DNA of 64,000 nucleotides, taken from NCBI GenBank assembly GCA_051294905.1, contig CM119373.1, positions 33,046,001-33,110,000 on the forward strand, written 5' to 3'. Position 1 is the first letter of the stretch; each line of letters opens with the position of its first letter. The notes under the pieces are model-generated. The model saw only the letters and a program-made list of their open reading frames with translations, made no database searches and had not been told where the DNA came from. A program made the translations under genes and the position numbers. The DNA is from Botryllus schlosseri. Its lineage: Eukaryota. Shown here one piece after another: positions 37,305-52,406 of the stretch.

Positions 37305-40300
37305 TTTTACACGGTATGTCTTGATTTTAGTATCGAATGCTGTGCCAAGTCTCAACGTTGACACTCAATGATTGGGGCAGTAATTTCGGTATCGAAGTCG
37401 AGTATGGGAGAGATGTGCGGTTTTCTCCAATCTGACATTCACTTACCTATCTCATTGCGGATTTCATGCAAAAGCCAGTGTTGGTCATTGCTAGTTTTAG
37501 TTGTGTTCCATAACGAGATAGGTAATGATTAGGGCAAGTTTGTGTTGTTGGTAAATCCGTGGAAAGTTGCAATAATTTTCTACAAAAGTTGCACTAAAAA
37601 GTCGCATTTATAGACAATTTCCTTGAAACTATTAGGGTAACAGACAGTCGAATCGATCCCTATGCACGGCACTGTAGCAAAACTCAGTTTTCCCGACTTC
37701 AACAAAATCAATAGCCTGAAAAAATCGACCCGGTGGAAACATAATTTTCGGCGGTGTAGCCGGAATGTACGTCAAATTAGAACAGACCTCAAATTTAAAG
37801 GACACTAAAATAATCAAGCGAGCTATTTGCATATGCAAGGACAAATATTTCCAGTAAAAAGTTAGCTGCATGAAAAATCGAAAAAAAATGCAAGGAGTTG
37901 CAAAAACTTGCAATATTAGATTCCTCCAAATTGCTTAAAACACCATACCACACAACTTCTGAGTATGTAGGAAGTTTCCGCAAGCTGCAACAAAAGTTGC
38001 AAAAGTTGCAAAAACTTGCCCTAGTAATAATATTTTGAATGGTATAACTGGATGATCTAATGTTACAGTTTACCAAGTTTCTCGGTTTGCAATCATATAT
38101 TTATTAAATTTTATGTTCTCCAATGTTTATTTTACTGGTAACTTACAGCCTCCAACCCATTTGCTAACGATTCCCATTGTCAATTGCGGATGCTACTTCG
38201 TTTCCGATTTCGATTAACAGCTGATCATTTGATCTGCCAATATCTCAATATCTTTTACGCATAACTTCTCTTTGGTCAGTATTGATTTTGACTGTGTTCG
38301 ATACCGAAATGAGAGATGAGAGTGCTTATTCTACATCTCGATGATGTCATCCAACAGTGTTCTAAGTATACGGGTCCCATTTGAATATTTACTCGGTAAT
38401 ATATAGTTCCCAATATCGCTTTCACGGCAGAATTGCAGAGACAGGAAGCCGTATATGTTGAGTCATAGCTCACAATCGCCATTATTGCTAAGTGCGATAC
38501 TGTGCGGAGTATGCGCGCTCGTATTGGTTGCCATCTGAAGCGTCCGGTATGTGACCACTACGAAGTCACATTTTGACGTCAACATACACCATTTACACCA
38601 CAAACATCGTATGCACCCCCTGTCACATCGCCCGATATTGTCACGGCCCATCAGTGGTGATACCCATAACGGCGACACTAATATATGTTTCATTTAAGGT
38701 ATCAGTTTCAAAATAATATATTGACTTATACTATGTATGTCATTACCAAAATAATTACCAAGATATGTATCGTTAATAATGCCCTCTCCTATCCAAAAAA
38801 AAACTGAGTTAAAAACGGTATACTATATAAATGGGCAATGAACTAACCATTTGGATGTTAGACTGTATGTTTTATATGCAGAGACGAAGTAAAATAATAA
38901 TACACGATACCATCATTGCAGGGCATTCGGCCTACCTGGAAATGACTCGAAGTAACATCATTCCGTTTATGCAGGCTACTGCGAAAACTCAAATTAACAA
39001 CAGTAAGCGTTCGCAAAACAACAAAAGAATGCAAAGTCTGCATTTGCAGCACATACACGTTATTACTACGACATTGAATGAAGGATACATGGCGTGCGGC
39101 ATTCAGGAAACTGGCCATATCCCTCGCCCGAAAACTAAATAGAAAGATACTGTTATGGGTATAAAATAGCCAAATTTCCACTTGCAAACATTTTATTCTG
39201 AATTGATATGTTACTTTCTATTTCATATCATGTAGCATTTAACATTGGTATACACCAACAGGACGAGAGTGTGCCCTATTCATGACATGTGAAAAATTTT
39301 TTGTACATATAACGCGCTATCACTGTTCAGTGTTCATATATTTATCAATGGGATATACAACATAAGTGTGTAATCGTATAGCAGAGGCCTTATATCTATT
39401 CGATATGCTTGCAATATATCATCATTCACGATATATTGACCCATTCAGCTCCTGGGTGCACCAAGGTATCGAATGAATAGGGAGTATGCACTATTCATCG
39501 TATTATATGCTTAAGATGTTTGAAAAGGTAACACACTACCCCGGTGCATATATTTCTCAATAGGATATTCAACGTAAGGGTATTGTCGTATAGCAGATGC
39601 CTAGTATCTCCTTAAAAATACATGCAATATATCATCATTCACCACAAATTAATATTTGGCTATTCAGCTCTTGGATGCATCATTTCATCTAATGAATAGG
39701 ACAACCTTCCTGCTACGGGTTTATTCGCACACATCTCTTAGTAAAACATCATTCTATATGAGCACCTGCGTCCCGCGACTTCCATCAAGCGCAGTATATG
39801 GCTCGCAAATGCGACCCCTACCTGGATATAAAAAACATTGATTGCAATTTACTTTGCTAAACAATACTTTGTTTATATACCGAATACTGTAACCAAGTAA
39901 CGTCATAGTGCAAGAGACTGAAAATCGATCTATCTTTTATTTTTCAGATCCGCGTGATGCATGCTCGGATTACCACTGTCCGCTTATCTGCCCAACTCTT
40001 GCGAATTCCGAGCATTTTCTGACCCAGCAGAGATTGCTGCTTCATTATAGGCTTCGTTCTGGAGTATTGGTTGTCGAAAGTATAACCTCGCATCCTTCAT
40101 TCGCAATATTCGCAATATGTGCTTATCTAGTCAATCCTTGTGAGATCTTCGCGTCGATTCGTCCTTGCAAGGATGACTCGTCGTTTCCTCGTTGCGCAAA
40201 CGTCGCGTTCGTTTGTTTCTTTGTAATATTGCTGAATGGTCTTTCTCGCCGTATGTTTTAGGCCATGGTTCTCAAACTCAAATGTGCCAGTGGGCAAATT

Positions 40301-41823
40301 TCCAAGAATTCGATGACGCCGTGGGCCGCACCATCAATAATAATATTATATGTATAATTTCCACGTACGGTTCTTTTGACGGGACCATGCAGACTGGGTT
40401 TCCACAAACATCGTTGAAACTATTGTTCCATTCATGCTTGACACGAAAACAAAATCCTACTTTCAAGTATTTGAATAAAATTATGTTCGTGCTGGGCATA
40501 ATTTTTTAAAATAATGAGTTGTAGAAATCACGACAAATGCATCATAACATCGTAAAAGCTGTCGCTATATTGCAGTTAGCGGATATTGGACGTTATTAAA
40601 GGTACAATATTTTAGAATTTACCAAAGATTGATCCAATATCAGAGCAGTTGCGCAGTGTAGTCTAATCCGGGTTTCTTGTAAAGTACTGATAATCGGGCT
40701 ATTATTCATGTCATTCATTCTTGAGAAATTTATATTTCAAACGAGTGTTTACTAATTTGGTGAGACTGACAACTCTGAATCCAAAATGTTTTGCGAACAT
40801 TTCAAAGTCGCCCTGTTCGAACTTGGTTTCTATCCAACATTTCATTTTCCACTCACTCCAACAAAACAGCTCTAAACAGCAATATGTTTGCATTTACATC
40901 AGACAATTGGTAATTTGACAATTAAAATGAGTTTGCACAATCGGATATTTCATCTCAGACGACCATTTTAATGATGTGAGTCCTTAAGTTTTCGCAATTA
41001 CGAAGCGAAACTGTCTCATATGCCTTCCCAGATTAGAAAAATACAAATTAGGTTATCAATCATGTTGCAACCTTAGATGTTTTGCGGACGCTCTGAAAAT
41101 TTTTCGCGGACCCCCGGTTGAGAACCTCCGCTTTAGCGTGTGCGTGTGTGATTGGAGTGCGTAAGTTCGTCGACACGAAAAGGATTGCAATACCGGCATT
41201 TAAGCATGTACCCAACATTACTGAGTTGATATCTTGGTCAATTTGGAAAATCCCAAGCCCTCATTCTTATATACATTATACCAGGATCGCGCAACATACG
41301 GCCCCGCGGTCACAGTCTGCCGCAATTCTCCACTACTTGCTCTTCACGTCAAATTATGACTGTAGCTTTTTTTCGGACACTAATTATAGTGATTTTTATT
41401 TATTCTTTAGCTCTTTGTTTCCTTTGTTTGCGACATGCAGCCATAGTTCAAAGAACCTGTTGACAAATTTGATCGACCACAGATGTCTCATTGATTTCAA
41501 TAGCCATATTGAAATACATTAATATATTCATTGAATACTGTTCTGGTTTCTAGGCGTCAAACGTATAATTTACAATAATTACGATTAATCCTCGTATAGG
41601 TGGATGAATAGGCGTTTCATGTATCGATACAGGAATCCGGCCAGTCAAGTACTTTAAGTCCCCATATCCGGCCCGCCGACTAGAGACGTTGATCGCCCCG
41701 GGCCTAGACGATGTAAAAATGAAGCGTGCACCGCACGCTGAATGAAAAGTAAAGCAGGGAATATAAAAGGCAAGCGACAAAATGAGGTGGCATTGGGCTG
41801 AAGGTGAGACCGATATGCTAAGT

Positions 41824-42326
41824 CAGGGCCGGCCAACCCGTGGCCCGCGAGAAGGTTTTGAGTGGCCCGCGAGGTAATTTACGAAATTTCTAATATTCTA
41901 AAAAAGTAAAGATTTCCTACACGCTTCGCGCCTCATGTTGTCACACGATGTCTTGCTTTCAATATTGTTGCCCCTTTGTCAAAATGAAAGAACTCCTAAT
42001 ATATCAGATTGAGTCTAACTATATTCGCGATTACGAGACAAAGTGTCGTTCAACATATGCGACCTTGCGTTTGCGCTCGCAGAAAGACCGTTGACTATGA
42101 AACCTAGGCACAAAATGATTGGCGCATGTTGGTCGAAGCTTTCGATATCGATATGTCCAAGCGCCCAATAGCCCAGTCCTCGCCAACTGAGCCCGCAATA
42201 TGGTCAAGTGACAATGTTATTGACCTATGAACTCCAAAAAATTTTCGCGCTTCGCGCGGCTAGTAGCCCGCGCAGTAGTTCGTCATTCGAATGTGGCCCT
42301 TTGGCTGAAAAGGTTGGCCACCCCTG
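41824..42326. mobile_element. hAT (Buster/Charlie-like) MITE, 503 bp
   Basis: TIRs CAGGGCCGGCCAAC / GTTGGCCACCCCTG. Perfect TSD TGCTAAGT at 41816-41823 and 42327-42334. Confidence 0.9.
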
Positions 42327-43801
42327 TGCTAAGTTATAGTCCGGCAGTTTTGCTGGCTGACTAGTATTCATATAGAAGAAATGCAAATGCATATATAACC
42401 TGTAGGCGAATGATGAACACCAACAAAATGACTTTTCCTGAAAACAACATTATATGTATATGAATACATAAAGAAATTGGCTAGCTTTTATCATTTCAAA
42501 GCATAGTCTGCAGCTGCATTTCTTGAAATACGTGGTCGTGATCGTGTCTTGAAAATCCGCGCTTATGAATTGATAAAAAGATAGGAGTCATCGGAGGTAA
42601 TATAATGACGCGTAACGCTTCCGACAACACCTTCTGGTATGATCGCAGCATATATGGCACCGGAACAGAAAATGGATTTCGTAACGATGTTTCAAGTTTA
42701 AACAACTCTTCATAATTTGCTGAGAATGCCATCCTCAAATCTAAAATGTTCCGATATGAACCTGATTGACCTAACTATAAATTTGTATTCTTTCCCAAAG
42801 CCCTAACAAAACATTTTTAAACAGCAATATGCTGGTTTCAACGGGCTATTGTCATATTGAAAATTAAAACGCGTTTGCGCAGTGGGCTATTTCATATCAG
42901 GCAATAATTCTGTTGATGTAAGTTCGAAAGTTTGAGCAGTGATCAAGCATATCTTTCTCGTGATTTACTGAAATTTAAAAGTTTCAAATTAGATTATAAG
43001 GCATTTTTTTTACCTAAAAAACTGAGTTTTTTGTGTGTGGTACACGAAAACATAACCTAATACATAATTATATCGTGGTGATAAATCCTATACTTGCCTA
43101 CGTGCATGCATTTGTATATGCATATCTTCCTACGTCCCTGCGTGCAAGCATAATTTGGATTGAAATGTTGTGTTAGATTTATGCCGCGGTGTAAGTCTGA
43201 TAGTATATCTGGTTTCGTGTATAAATGGTGTATATTTACACCCGTGTATCGCGAGTGGTACATGGATGCGAGTACACAACTAAACACTTTGTACAATAAG
43301 AGTTATAATAAAAATGTAGATATCAACATGTCGTTTAGATGAGTGGCTCACGCGCTGAAAAAGTGTGAAGACCTAACAGTGAATTGGGGCTCTTGCATAC
43401 CCCTCAGATATCTTGTGATTGGCAACTACCCAATGCCACAGTTAAGAGACTTGATAAATTATTGGGATGTCTGGAATCCTTTGCGCTTTACAACACTGTC
43501 CAAGCGTGCAAATAATCAGCCTGACTAAACCTGAGGTCAATTTTGTCAATGGCGGAGTCATATCATTGAAATAAATGGATTGATTTATATCCAGATGAAA
43601 GCGGGATAGATGACTGGCAACTATGAAATTTATCGAATAACACTTTTCATTGATTTTATGTTGCGCCGAAATATAGTGATTCATGCTCGTAAGGCGGCGG
43701 TGATATCTAGGGATCGGCCGTTATTTACTTGTGATATGAAGGGAATCATCGTAATTGAGTGCCACAATCATTTCGAATTTCACATATCAAATTCTCGCCA
43801 C

Positions 43802-43944
43802 GTGATCCGCGCAAGCGGTGTCTCATAAAGGCCTAGAAGTGGGCCGTGCTACAAGTCGGTAAATGCGGAATCATAAAGAATATCACGGCCTGGTGTAAAA
43901 TGACCAATGCTGTCGAAACACCACGAATAACAAACAACAACAAC
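43802..43944 (+). mobile_element. 5'-truncated SINE copy
   Basis: GCGGTGTCTC...CCTAGAAGTGGGCCGTGCTACAAGTCGG...GGCCTGGTGTAAAATGACC followed by a (CAA)n tail. Confidence 0.8.
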
Positions 43945-44454
43945 GCCCTATCGTAAAACGTCTAGAAAGACAAATTACATTTCTCCGTCATTAGTTAGTC
44001 CACAGTGGTCCCACAGCCGTGTAACTTTCAACTCGGATCCAGAGAAATCGGAATCGCGATTTAATAATAATGAACCAACTTCCAACGTTCGCGTCAACAG
44101 TGTTAAATCTCTTGTAGTCCGCACAACGCAATCACGTGGCTATCTTCAGATATCGACTAAAGCAAAAGCCGCATAAAAATATGCCGACTCATATCTTTGA
44201 TACCGCCATAAATGTACGCAACTGGCCAATCATCGTATTTTTACCGATTCCGTTGTTCGCGATTAAACCCTTATGGTCCGTGATACGATTTAATATTGTT
44301 ATCAATGCTTGATAATGAAGTAGTTAGGTTAAAAGAAGAGACAGGAGGTACCATTTCGGAATAAGTAGACTGGTGCGGCCCACGAGCGATTTGAAGGTTT
44401 GAATCCAGCCCGCGGCGTAATCTGAGTTTAACACCCCTGTTATAGAGTATAGAA

Positions 44455-44699
44455 CTGTGGTTCCCAACCTTTTTCGACTCATCGCTCCCTTTTCAATCTC
44501 AACGCCGATCATCGCCCCCCAGATTTTGTGAACCGAAAAATCGGTATACAATCTGTAATCATCGGCGGGTTGACTTTTCGGCTCGATGTCGAATTTTACA
44601 CTTTTGTCCTAACTTTCCGTGGATTGACTAAAAAAAAGTCATTTCTCCGACTTGACTCCTATATAGCCGTATCGATATCGCCCACGTTGGGAACAACTG
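44455..44699. mobile_element. hAT (Buster/Charlie-like) MITE, 245 bp
   Basis: TIRs CTGTGGTTCCCAAC / GTTGGGAACAACTG. Perfect TSD GTATAGAA at 44447-44454 and 44700-44707. Confidence 0.85.
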
Positions 44700-45250
44700 G
44701 TATAGAATGAGTGGAAATTTACCTCGCCGCCAGTCCAGCTGCTTCAGCCAATTCCGAATCGCCAGGCAAAGCATGAAAATGCGAATTTCATTCACCACAT
44801 GTAACGAAATAGGTGGTATCAAAACATGTCATGGTATGGAAACGAACCATCCACAGGTTGCGTATTTCGTCACTATGACGCGCCGGCACCAGTATCGGAT
44901 ATTGTCTACTCCGGTTGGAGATTGATAGCGTGATAATAGTTTTATAAGCCGTCACTGCGTGATATAAGTTGGTGGATTTCATCACAACTATGGCCGAGTA
45001 AAAACTAGAACGGTCGCAGTCCCAGTGCCGAATAATGAATTGAGGAGAGTGTGACTAATAGTACGCATCATTGTGTAATATAGTGTATCAGTGTATTCTG
45101 TAGCCAGATATGTAAAATGAAGTACAGAGCCTGAATCCGAATCATCGCGGGTATATCTATTATTTTTGTTTTAGCACCTAAAGCTAACTAATACACACTC
45201 GAAGTGTGGTGGATATATGCTTTCGATAAAGCGTTAAAGGTGAATACAAC

Positions 45251-45347
45251 ATGAACCATGCTGTATTGTTCAGTTTGATACTCATGGAAATCGGATATTG
45301 TGTCGGACAAGAAAAGCATTTGCCTTACATCGCGCCGTCTACTTCCG
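45251..45347 (+). CDS. Semaphorin exon 1: signal peptide
   Basis: TACAACATG start. MNHAVLFSLILMEIGYCVG-QEKHLPYIAPSTS. Donor TCCG|GTATGT (phase 1). Confidence 0.75.
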
Positions 45348-47595
45348 GTATGTAATGTTCAATAACCAATATCACGATGCTCATATATATTGTGTATACA
45401 TACAAGGATATGTGAATCTGAATATCACTACGAATGTAGGCCTACAATAACATTGGTTCTTTTGATACCCTTGCGGCTTCAAACATTCCAACACCGTGGG
45501 CTGGGCATTATCTGTGCTAGAGTAGCCGGGTATAATCTGAGGGCCTAGAGGTCACAGAGCGAATAATGCTAATTGTCTTTTACATTGAACATAATTTTGT
45601 AGATTTAGGCCGTAGGCTACCTATTTCATTTCACTCTCTGAAAATGATGTGGGTTTATGACTGTTTCACAAAAATGTCATTCCTATAGTAACATGCGTAG
45701 CTTTGTACTACATGTTATGAATGTTGCGATACGACCAATCGAGGGTTTCAAGGCTTCCGCGGTGAAGGAAAAGTCATCGACACTATAATCCCCATTAGTG
45801 CTGTGTAGATTTTAGTGGATAGAGGCGTTTTTAAGTTCTTGGAAACATCGTATCTCACTACTCGACTAGAATCAGTGCAATTTCTACACGATTCGAAGTC
45901 TAATTATAGCATCAATTTGCCCAACCCCGATAAATTTCACTGTTATGATTCCGATGCGGAACTGGACAATGCGCGGTTACTGGTAGCTATTCTCCTCGAG
46001 GGCTGACCAGAGCCTTCCACGTTCTAGAACTGCGACTTTGACATAGTTCTATCACTCTCCCTGAACGCATAACAAAAACTTGCATGAGTTTAACCTATAC
46101 GTATACAGTATAGGCCTATATCATATCAAGTTAGGCCGTAATTGTCTACGCAAATTAAAACACACGCGGAGATATTATTGCTCACACGATAAGTCAGACT
46201 CTGCGTCTTTTGAATTTGTTTATTCCTGTTGTGGTAATGTCAAATTTCGTGCTACGAATTACGATATATTTTCGGAATGCAGCAATTCTCTGTTTGGCCA
46301 AGCTTACATTATGTGTGAATGTGTGACAGTTTTTCGATCATTTCTTGCACGTTAATCTGATTTCGCATATCCGTCAAACTTGATTGATATTTTAAAACAA
46401 CACTCTCTTCACAATACTCCCTAATTCCGGGTTGATTATTATTTATAAAATTTGCGAATACGAACCGGCTCAGTGCGGTGAACCGCGGACGAAATTCAAA
46501 TCCCGATGTCTGAGCAAGTGCATTACTGTTTTGCGAAATCCTTCTCGACGACTCCTTGTAGCACAATAACTCTACAACTGTTACTAGTGACTTCATTACC
46601 GAAAATTAGCGAGCAGAATTCGACTACAAACTGACATAAGCATCAGAAAGTATTGGACTTCAAGAGGTCCGTGCATTTTCCTCGGCGGTAATCTCATTTG
46701 AGTGGAATATGCGTAGGATCGATATTATCGATATTATCGTAGGCCCAAGTAAGATGTTGCAAAACCAATTGCGCCTTCCGATATTTCCTAAAACATTCCA
46801 CTTGGCGTGCATGTGGAAATTAATTCCTTTCGTTCAAAATTAGAGTTGAACTCTACTGGGGTCGCAATACAAAAGTATTATACGATTGTTGATGAATCTA
46901 GTAAAATGTCTCCAAAGGCGGCGTCCAAGTTGCTACCTTAACTCTGCGTCTCAACTCAAAATTGGTAAGACATGGGCTATTCGGACCATGCCTGACTCGA
47001 CACGAGGTACACCTTCCGTAGCTAAACTGCAGTGTGTGTCAAAGTGTGAGCTCGATTGATTGATTGAGTGATTGATTGATCGATTGGTTGGTGGATTTCA
47101 CCGAGCTGTTTCGAATATCCTTTCTTTCTTTAAATTGTATCACAATTCTTGTGGTATGAGAATTGACGGAATTAATATTAAAAGATAATGTGATTCCAAA
47201 ACATTCGATAGTTTTGAGTACCGAATCGGCGAAATGATCATTTCATTTCGTATATTGGTACAGACAAATTCTCGCAACGGGTTGGCGCCAGCGAAATAGC
47301 GTGAATTCAATAGCGGTAAATACGCGTCAATTGACAGAAACGGTTCGAATCATTTCGTGAATATCGAGTCCTGTAATGAGGTTTGGACCACTTGAAAACT
47401 TTCAGTTTTTCCAAATAGGACTATTGAATGAGAATTATAGCTACACAGTTTTACCACATTGGATTAGAATTAGAATTATAGCTACACAGTCTTTCCGAAT
47501 GAGATTACAATTAGAATTACTGAATGGGCAAATGAAATACAACAAACATCAAGTGCATGGAATATCAACTCTGAATTCGTTCTCATAGCCTTGAT

Positions 47596-49235
47596 CAGAG
47601 TTGTATCAATTGCAATTTGTAATTGAGCTGAATGTTATCAATTACATTTTTTCATGTATTTGTAATTGTAATTGTAATTGAAGCATTTCTATTTTGTTTA
47701 ATTGTAATTGTAATTGTAATTTGATCAAAATTTTGCCAAATTACAATCTCAATTACATTTTCATGGAAACCTGACAATCACAACATAAAATAATCATTTA
47801 ATCAATCATTTAGTCGTCGCACCAGTGAAAATCCGGTACGAACCAGGATGACGATAATGGGCCTTAAGGCCTTAGTAAACAGTCACCACGTGAAATAATT
47901 AGCCTATTTGCATCGGTGTTCTATGCGTGCTGCGTTATAACTAGATTATTCAGTCACGCTAAACTGTTTCCCATATTTCAGTACCAACAGAAAACTTCGG
48001 GAATTACAATATATGCTAAACCAGTGGTTCTCAAACTGGGGGCGTGCCCCCTTGGGCGGCGTGAAAGTATCTGAACGGGGCGCGACGCTCCTGTGAACTG
48101 AAATCTTTTCCACGCTTCGCCCGATTCACCTCCGTTTTATGGTTGTTGCTCGGTGTATAGTCTGAATTTCGTGTTGGAGAATTCTCTCATCACTAGTCAT
48201 AACCTTCCATACCATCAAACTATATGTAAGGATTGCTAACTTTCTGGTTTCATTGTGTGCTATGACGATAAGGGGGGCACGAAATATTCACTGTCATAAA
48301 GGGGGGAGTGTCTAAAAAAGTTAGAGCACAAGCGGGTCAAATTAAATATTAACATTTCAAAAATGGATGAACAGCAAATAAACTCTTCTGAAACCTGTGC
48401 TGAACCATTTCCTATACACCGCGGTCAAAGTTTTTTAAAATCTCTGACCAGTACCGAGGCTTGTTGCAACAATAGCAAAAAAAATTCAGGTTTCCAACCA
48501 AGGCTTCATCAAACTTGATCATGCATTTGTAGAGATGTTATGCCAATCTTACCTCCAATCTTGTCCAAATTTACTGGGGCCAGAAACTTTTCGCACCCTC
48601 ATGTTCATCAAATGCAATCTAACGGTTTCCGAGCAAGTGAAAATGTATATGCGAACCAAAATATTTTAATTCTTAGTTATCAGGGGGTTCTTTCCTTTTG
48701 CATTCATTTTAATTTTACGCACCATATCGGTATCATCCTTATCTCTGACGCCTTACAAATTACATTTCATTATCCTGACTCAGCTCTGAGTAGCCTAATC
48801 ATTTGATTGCATTTCATTGACTGTCCTGTAGCCTATTCGCTGTTAGTCGCCTAAACCTTTGGTTCTTAACAGTCGGTTGAAACATTTTTCTGTGCTTGTA
48901 GTTTTCAGTACTTAGGATTAGGAATAGTTCGAATACGTTTTTTTAATTAAAGGGTATTCTAGATATCAGGAATGAAACATGAATAACTTGAGATTGTTGC
49001 TAATTACGTCGCTACGGTTGTCGAAGAACACCTCTTTACAGAATCAATCACCTGTTTAAAAGTAATTGTAATTGTAATTACAATTGTAATTATTTACATG
49101 TTTAACAGTAATTGAAATTTTGATTGTAATTTATATTTCAAGCATTGAGTAATTATAATTGTAATCTAATTGAATCATGCAAGGTAGTAATTGTAATTGT
49201 AATTGAATTAAAATATTGTAATTAATCCAACTCTG
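47596..49235. mobile_element. hAT-type element with (GTAATT)n subterminal arrays and nested repeats, 1640 bp
   Basis: TIR CAGAGTTG(T/G)AT. Perfect TSD GCCTTGAT at 47588-47595 and 49236-49243. A nested CAGTGGTTCTCAAACT-type MITE end starts near 48022. Confidence 0.88.
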
Positions 49236-49551
49236 GCCTTGATTGCATGGGAATGGCAAATATCTGTACACCACGATTGGCTCAATCTGATCAGATTACA
49301 CTGCAATGTTTTCAGGAAAAGCAGAATTTAGATCATAATTAAAATGAGAGCATAGAAACATTTCACGAATTAGATTTGAATACGATTACCGGCATTTTGA
49401 TCTAATTAGTCCAAGTATACAGGTAAAAATATCTACTTGCTCAAGTCTGCCTGTGATCCCGTCCCCAGTAACGTCTCCTAAAATATATATCTTTGCGGAA
49501 TCAATTATTCCGTTGTAGTCCATTCTCCCTATACTTTGGTGATACCTGTAG

Positions 49552-49705
49552 TTCGCTTATCAACGAAGTCGCCATAATTTCACAATCAGATATCTTGAGA
49601 ACATTCGCCCGTCTGGTGCGCGCGAATTCCGCACGCTCATCGTCGCAAACGACAAGCAAACATTACTCATCGGAGCCGAGGAAATAGTATTCCGGCAGAG
49701 ATGAA
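49552..49705 (+). pseudogene. Semaphorin exon: start of the Sema domain
   Basis: FAYQRSRHNFTIRYLENIRPSGAREFRTLIVANDKQTLLIGAEEIVFRQR*, with TGA at 49702-49704 and donor GAA|GTGAGT. The 5' boundary is uncertain (49519 or 49552). Confidence 0.7.
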
Positions 49706-50417
49706 GTGAGTAATTATTGATTACTAATCAACTCGCAAAATTACAGTAACAAAACCTTACAAGATTTCAGATATGCGGCTCCGAAAGTGCTGGTGCAATG
49801 TCACTTATAATCATAGTCAGTTATAGCCTATCTCCGTCGAAATTAATTTCAGGCCTCCGTCGTTTCGACTCGCAGGTATCGGAATAGCGATTGACGGCGC
49901 AGCCTTTTGGGGCTGGCTGGAATCTACCGAATTCTCAATTCTTCCACGAAACTTGTAATTTCTAACTATTGTTTTGTCGTTATGATAGATTCTGTCGACA
50001 GGAATGTCTCGACTAATTTCAAGTAATGTGGGTGAAATATCGCTCTCAGATAGGGAGTAGATATTAAATAAGGATAAGTAGTAATTCGAGCTGTGGTGTA
50101 GGCTTGCAAGGGGTGTAAGCCTACAGGAACAATAACTTCAGAACTTGCATGTTTACGCGTCACTTTGCGTTTAATAAATGTACGTATTATGCCTTTCCGT
50201 AATAAAGAATGTGAATTTCGAGTTTAAGAACCTCAAAAAGCCTAAAGTCGCTTATACTTACTGAACACCGAATTGTATGGATCAGTGCTGTCATTGAGAA
50301 AGTCGACCGTAACCCAATTAATTATGTCATTAACACAAGGCCGACAGATTCCGCTAGCACAGGCGAGGCCAACCTGCGGAAGGAAATTTTAGCGGCCGTG
50401 CATACGTCATTCAATTG

Positions 50418-51120
50418 CAAGGCCGGCCAACCCGTGGTCCGCGGGCCACATGCGACCCGCAAGAAGGTTTTGAGTGGCCCGCGAGGTAATTTCCGAAATT
50501 AGTGATATTATAAAAAATGGATTGCACAGATTGTAAACTTGCAAGGCCAACTAAAATTTGATTAGTCTGGCCGCAACACTTGAGATGCAATGACTAAAAT
50601 ATTAATTCCGACGCATTGGCAGATCCATGAGCCAGTCGCATTTTGGTAGATCTTCGTACACTACAATTAAGCAGAATATTATGCGATAGATTTATCAATA
50701 GTAAAAGATTTCTACACGCTTCGCGCAACATGTTGTCCCTCGATTTCATGATTTTAATAATAATAATTGTTACCCCTTTGTGAAAATCAAAGAGCGCCTA
50801 ATGTATCAGATTGAGTGTAGCTATATTCGCGATTACGAGACAAAGTGTCGTTCAACATATGCGACCTTGCGTTTGCGCTGGCAGAAATGATTGACGCATG
50901 TTGGTAGAATAAGCTTTCGATATCGATATGCCCAGGCGTCAAATAGTCCAGACCTTGCAAACTGAGCCCAGCGATATACAAAAGGCCCGCAATATAGTCA
51001 AGAGACAATATTACTGACCTATGAACTTTGAAAAATTCTCGCGCTTTGCGCGGCTAGTGGCCCGCGCTATAGTTGGTCAATCGAATCTGGCCCTTTGGAT
51101 GAAAAGGTTGGCCACCCCTG
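50418..51120. mobile_element. hAT MITE of the same family as 41824-42326
   Basis: Same TIRs and long shared internal blocks. No TSD visible. Confidence 0.8.
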
Positions 51121-52226
51121 AATTAGTACATGTTTGCAGCCGTATATACATGCCATTTGAATTTACGAATTGTTTCCCGAAATTGTCTCCCGAAGATTTT
51201 AATTAATCTTGAAATTTTCGATAACACCCACTCCATCAACTCTGCCGGGGAATCTGATCAGCTGGGCTGAGAAAGGATTAATGTTTCATAGCTGTATGTA
51301 AAATTATTAATATTAATGACGAAATTATTGGTGAATCTGCAAAAATCGTCGAATATACGCAATTGCATATGTCTTCTGTTGAGATAATATTAATTATAAT
51401 AATTGCTTTTGAGTTAGATCAGTAGCAATGAGATATCCCACAGGTTACCAATTTCGAGCGACTTAGGGAGTACCTAGCCACTAATGCTATCCACGACAAG
51501 TATCAAACTGTTAACCTACGCTAAAAACGCCATTTTCCAGTTGGAATTTGCAACTATTCTGTCGAAGCAATGAGCGGCCACGATGTAGGGGCCAGGGCGT
51601 CGCTTTGTACAACCGTCACATGATACCACAATGGTAGAGGCGGGATTGGGGCGTTGCCTTGAAATTAGAGTCTCAAGTGGTGATTGTTTTCTGTTGCATT
51701 TGATTGACCCTTGAGAGACTCTGTGACGGCTAGAGCGACACACGAAATCTAGTGTTGCGTAGAAATATTCGTTATTACTAGCATATGTTTGATTGAGCGC
51801 CAACATTGACCATTCATAGTCAAAGGGAGCCAAAGTAACCTGCGTTGCTATTCAAGTAGAGTAGAAGCAACTGTTTAAATATATACCCCGGCAGTTACTG
51901 TGATGGCTGTTTCATGCGGTTCCTATGAAGATTTACACGTAAAGGTGATACAAATTTATTACAAACACTACGTTGCACTTTCAATGTAAAGTGGTAAAAG
52001 AGAGGAGTTTCGTCTGCCAAACTGTTCAAGTTGAAGTGAAAGTATTCTAAAATGGAACCAACTGAGTAAGTAGATGAAGCGACAAAGCGTGATTGAGTAA
52101 TTCCGAAAAGTGGCATTAGGGTACTCTATTACTGACCGTAACCTGACCAGTGACCAACTCTGACCATATGACCACATCGCCTGACGTTAATATTTTGCCC
52201 GTTCTTCATCAATGACCATTTACCAG

Positions 52227-52406
52227 GTGATGTCACAAAAGCCGTGACCTGCCTCGCAGAAAGAGACCTGTTACCTTATCCCACAGAGTGAGAGAGGAGC
52301 CAAATGCAAAAATGTGATGCAAGTCATTCATCAATTGAACATTGTGATTTGCGGATCGAATTCCATGTCTCCGGAAAACAGGCTTCTCGAACAAAACGAG
52401 AGTTGA
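52227..52406 (+). pseudogene. Semaphorin exon: Sema W-P...C...C-N...CG-x-N segment
   Basis: Acceptor TTTACCAG|. VMSQKP*PASQKETCYLIPQSERGAKCKNVMQVIHQLNIVICGSNSMSPENRLLEQNES*. TGA 52245-52247 sits at the conserved Trp. Donor not identified. Confidence 0.72.

Noticed and set aside
39947-40261. 117-aa plus-strand ORF with a good acceptor, and weak NACHT-like words on the minus strand
   Set aside because: No coherent motif set in any frame and no linked exons found.
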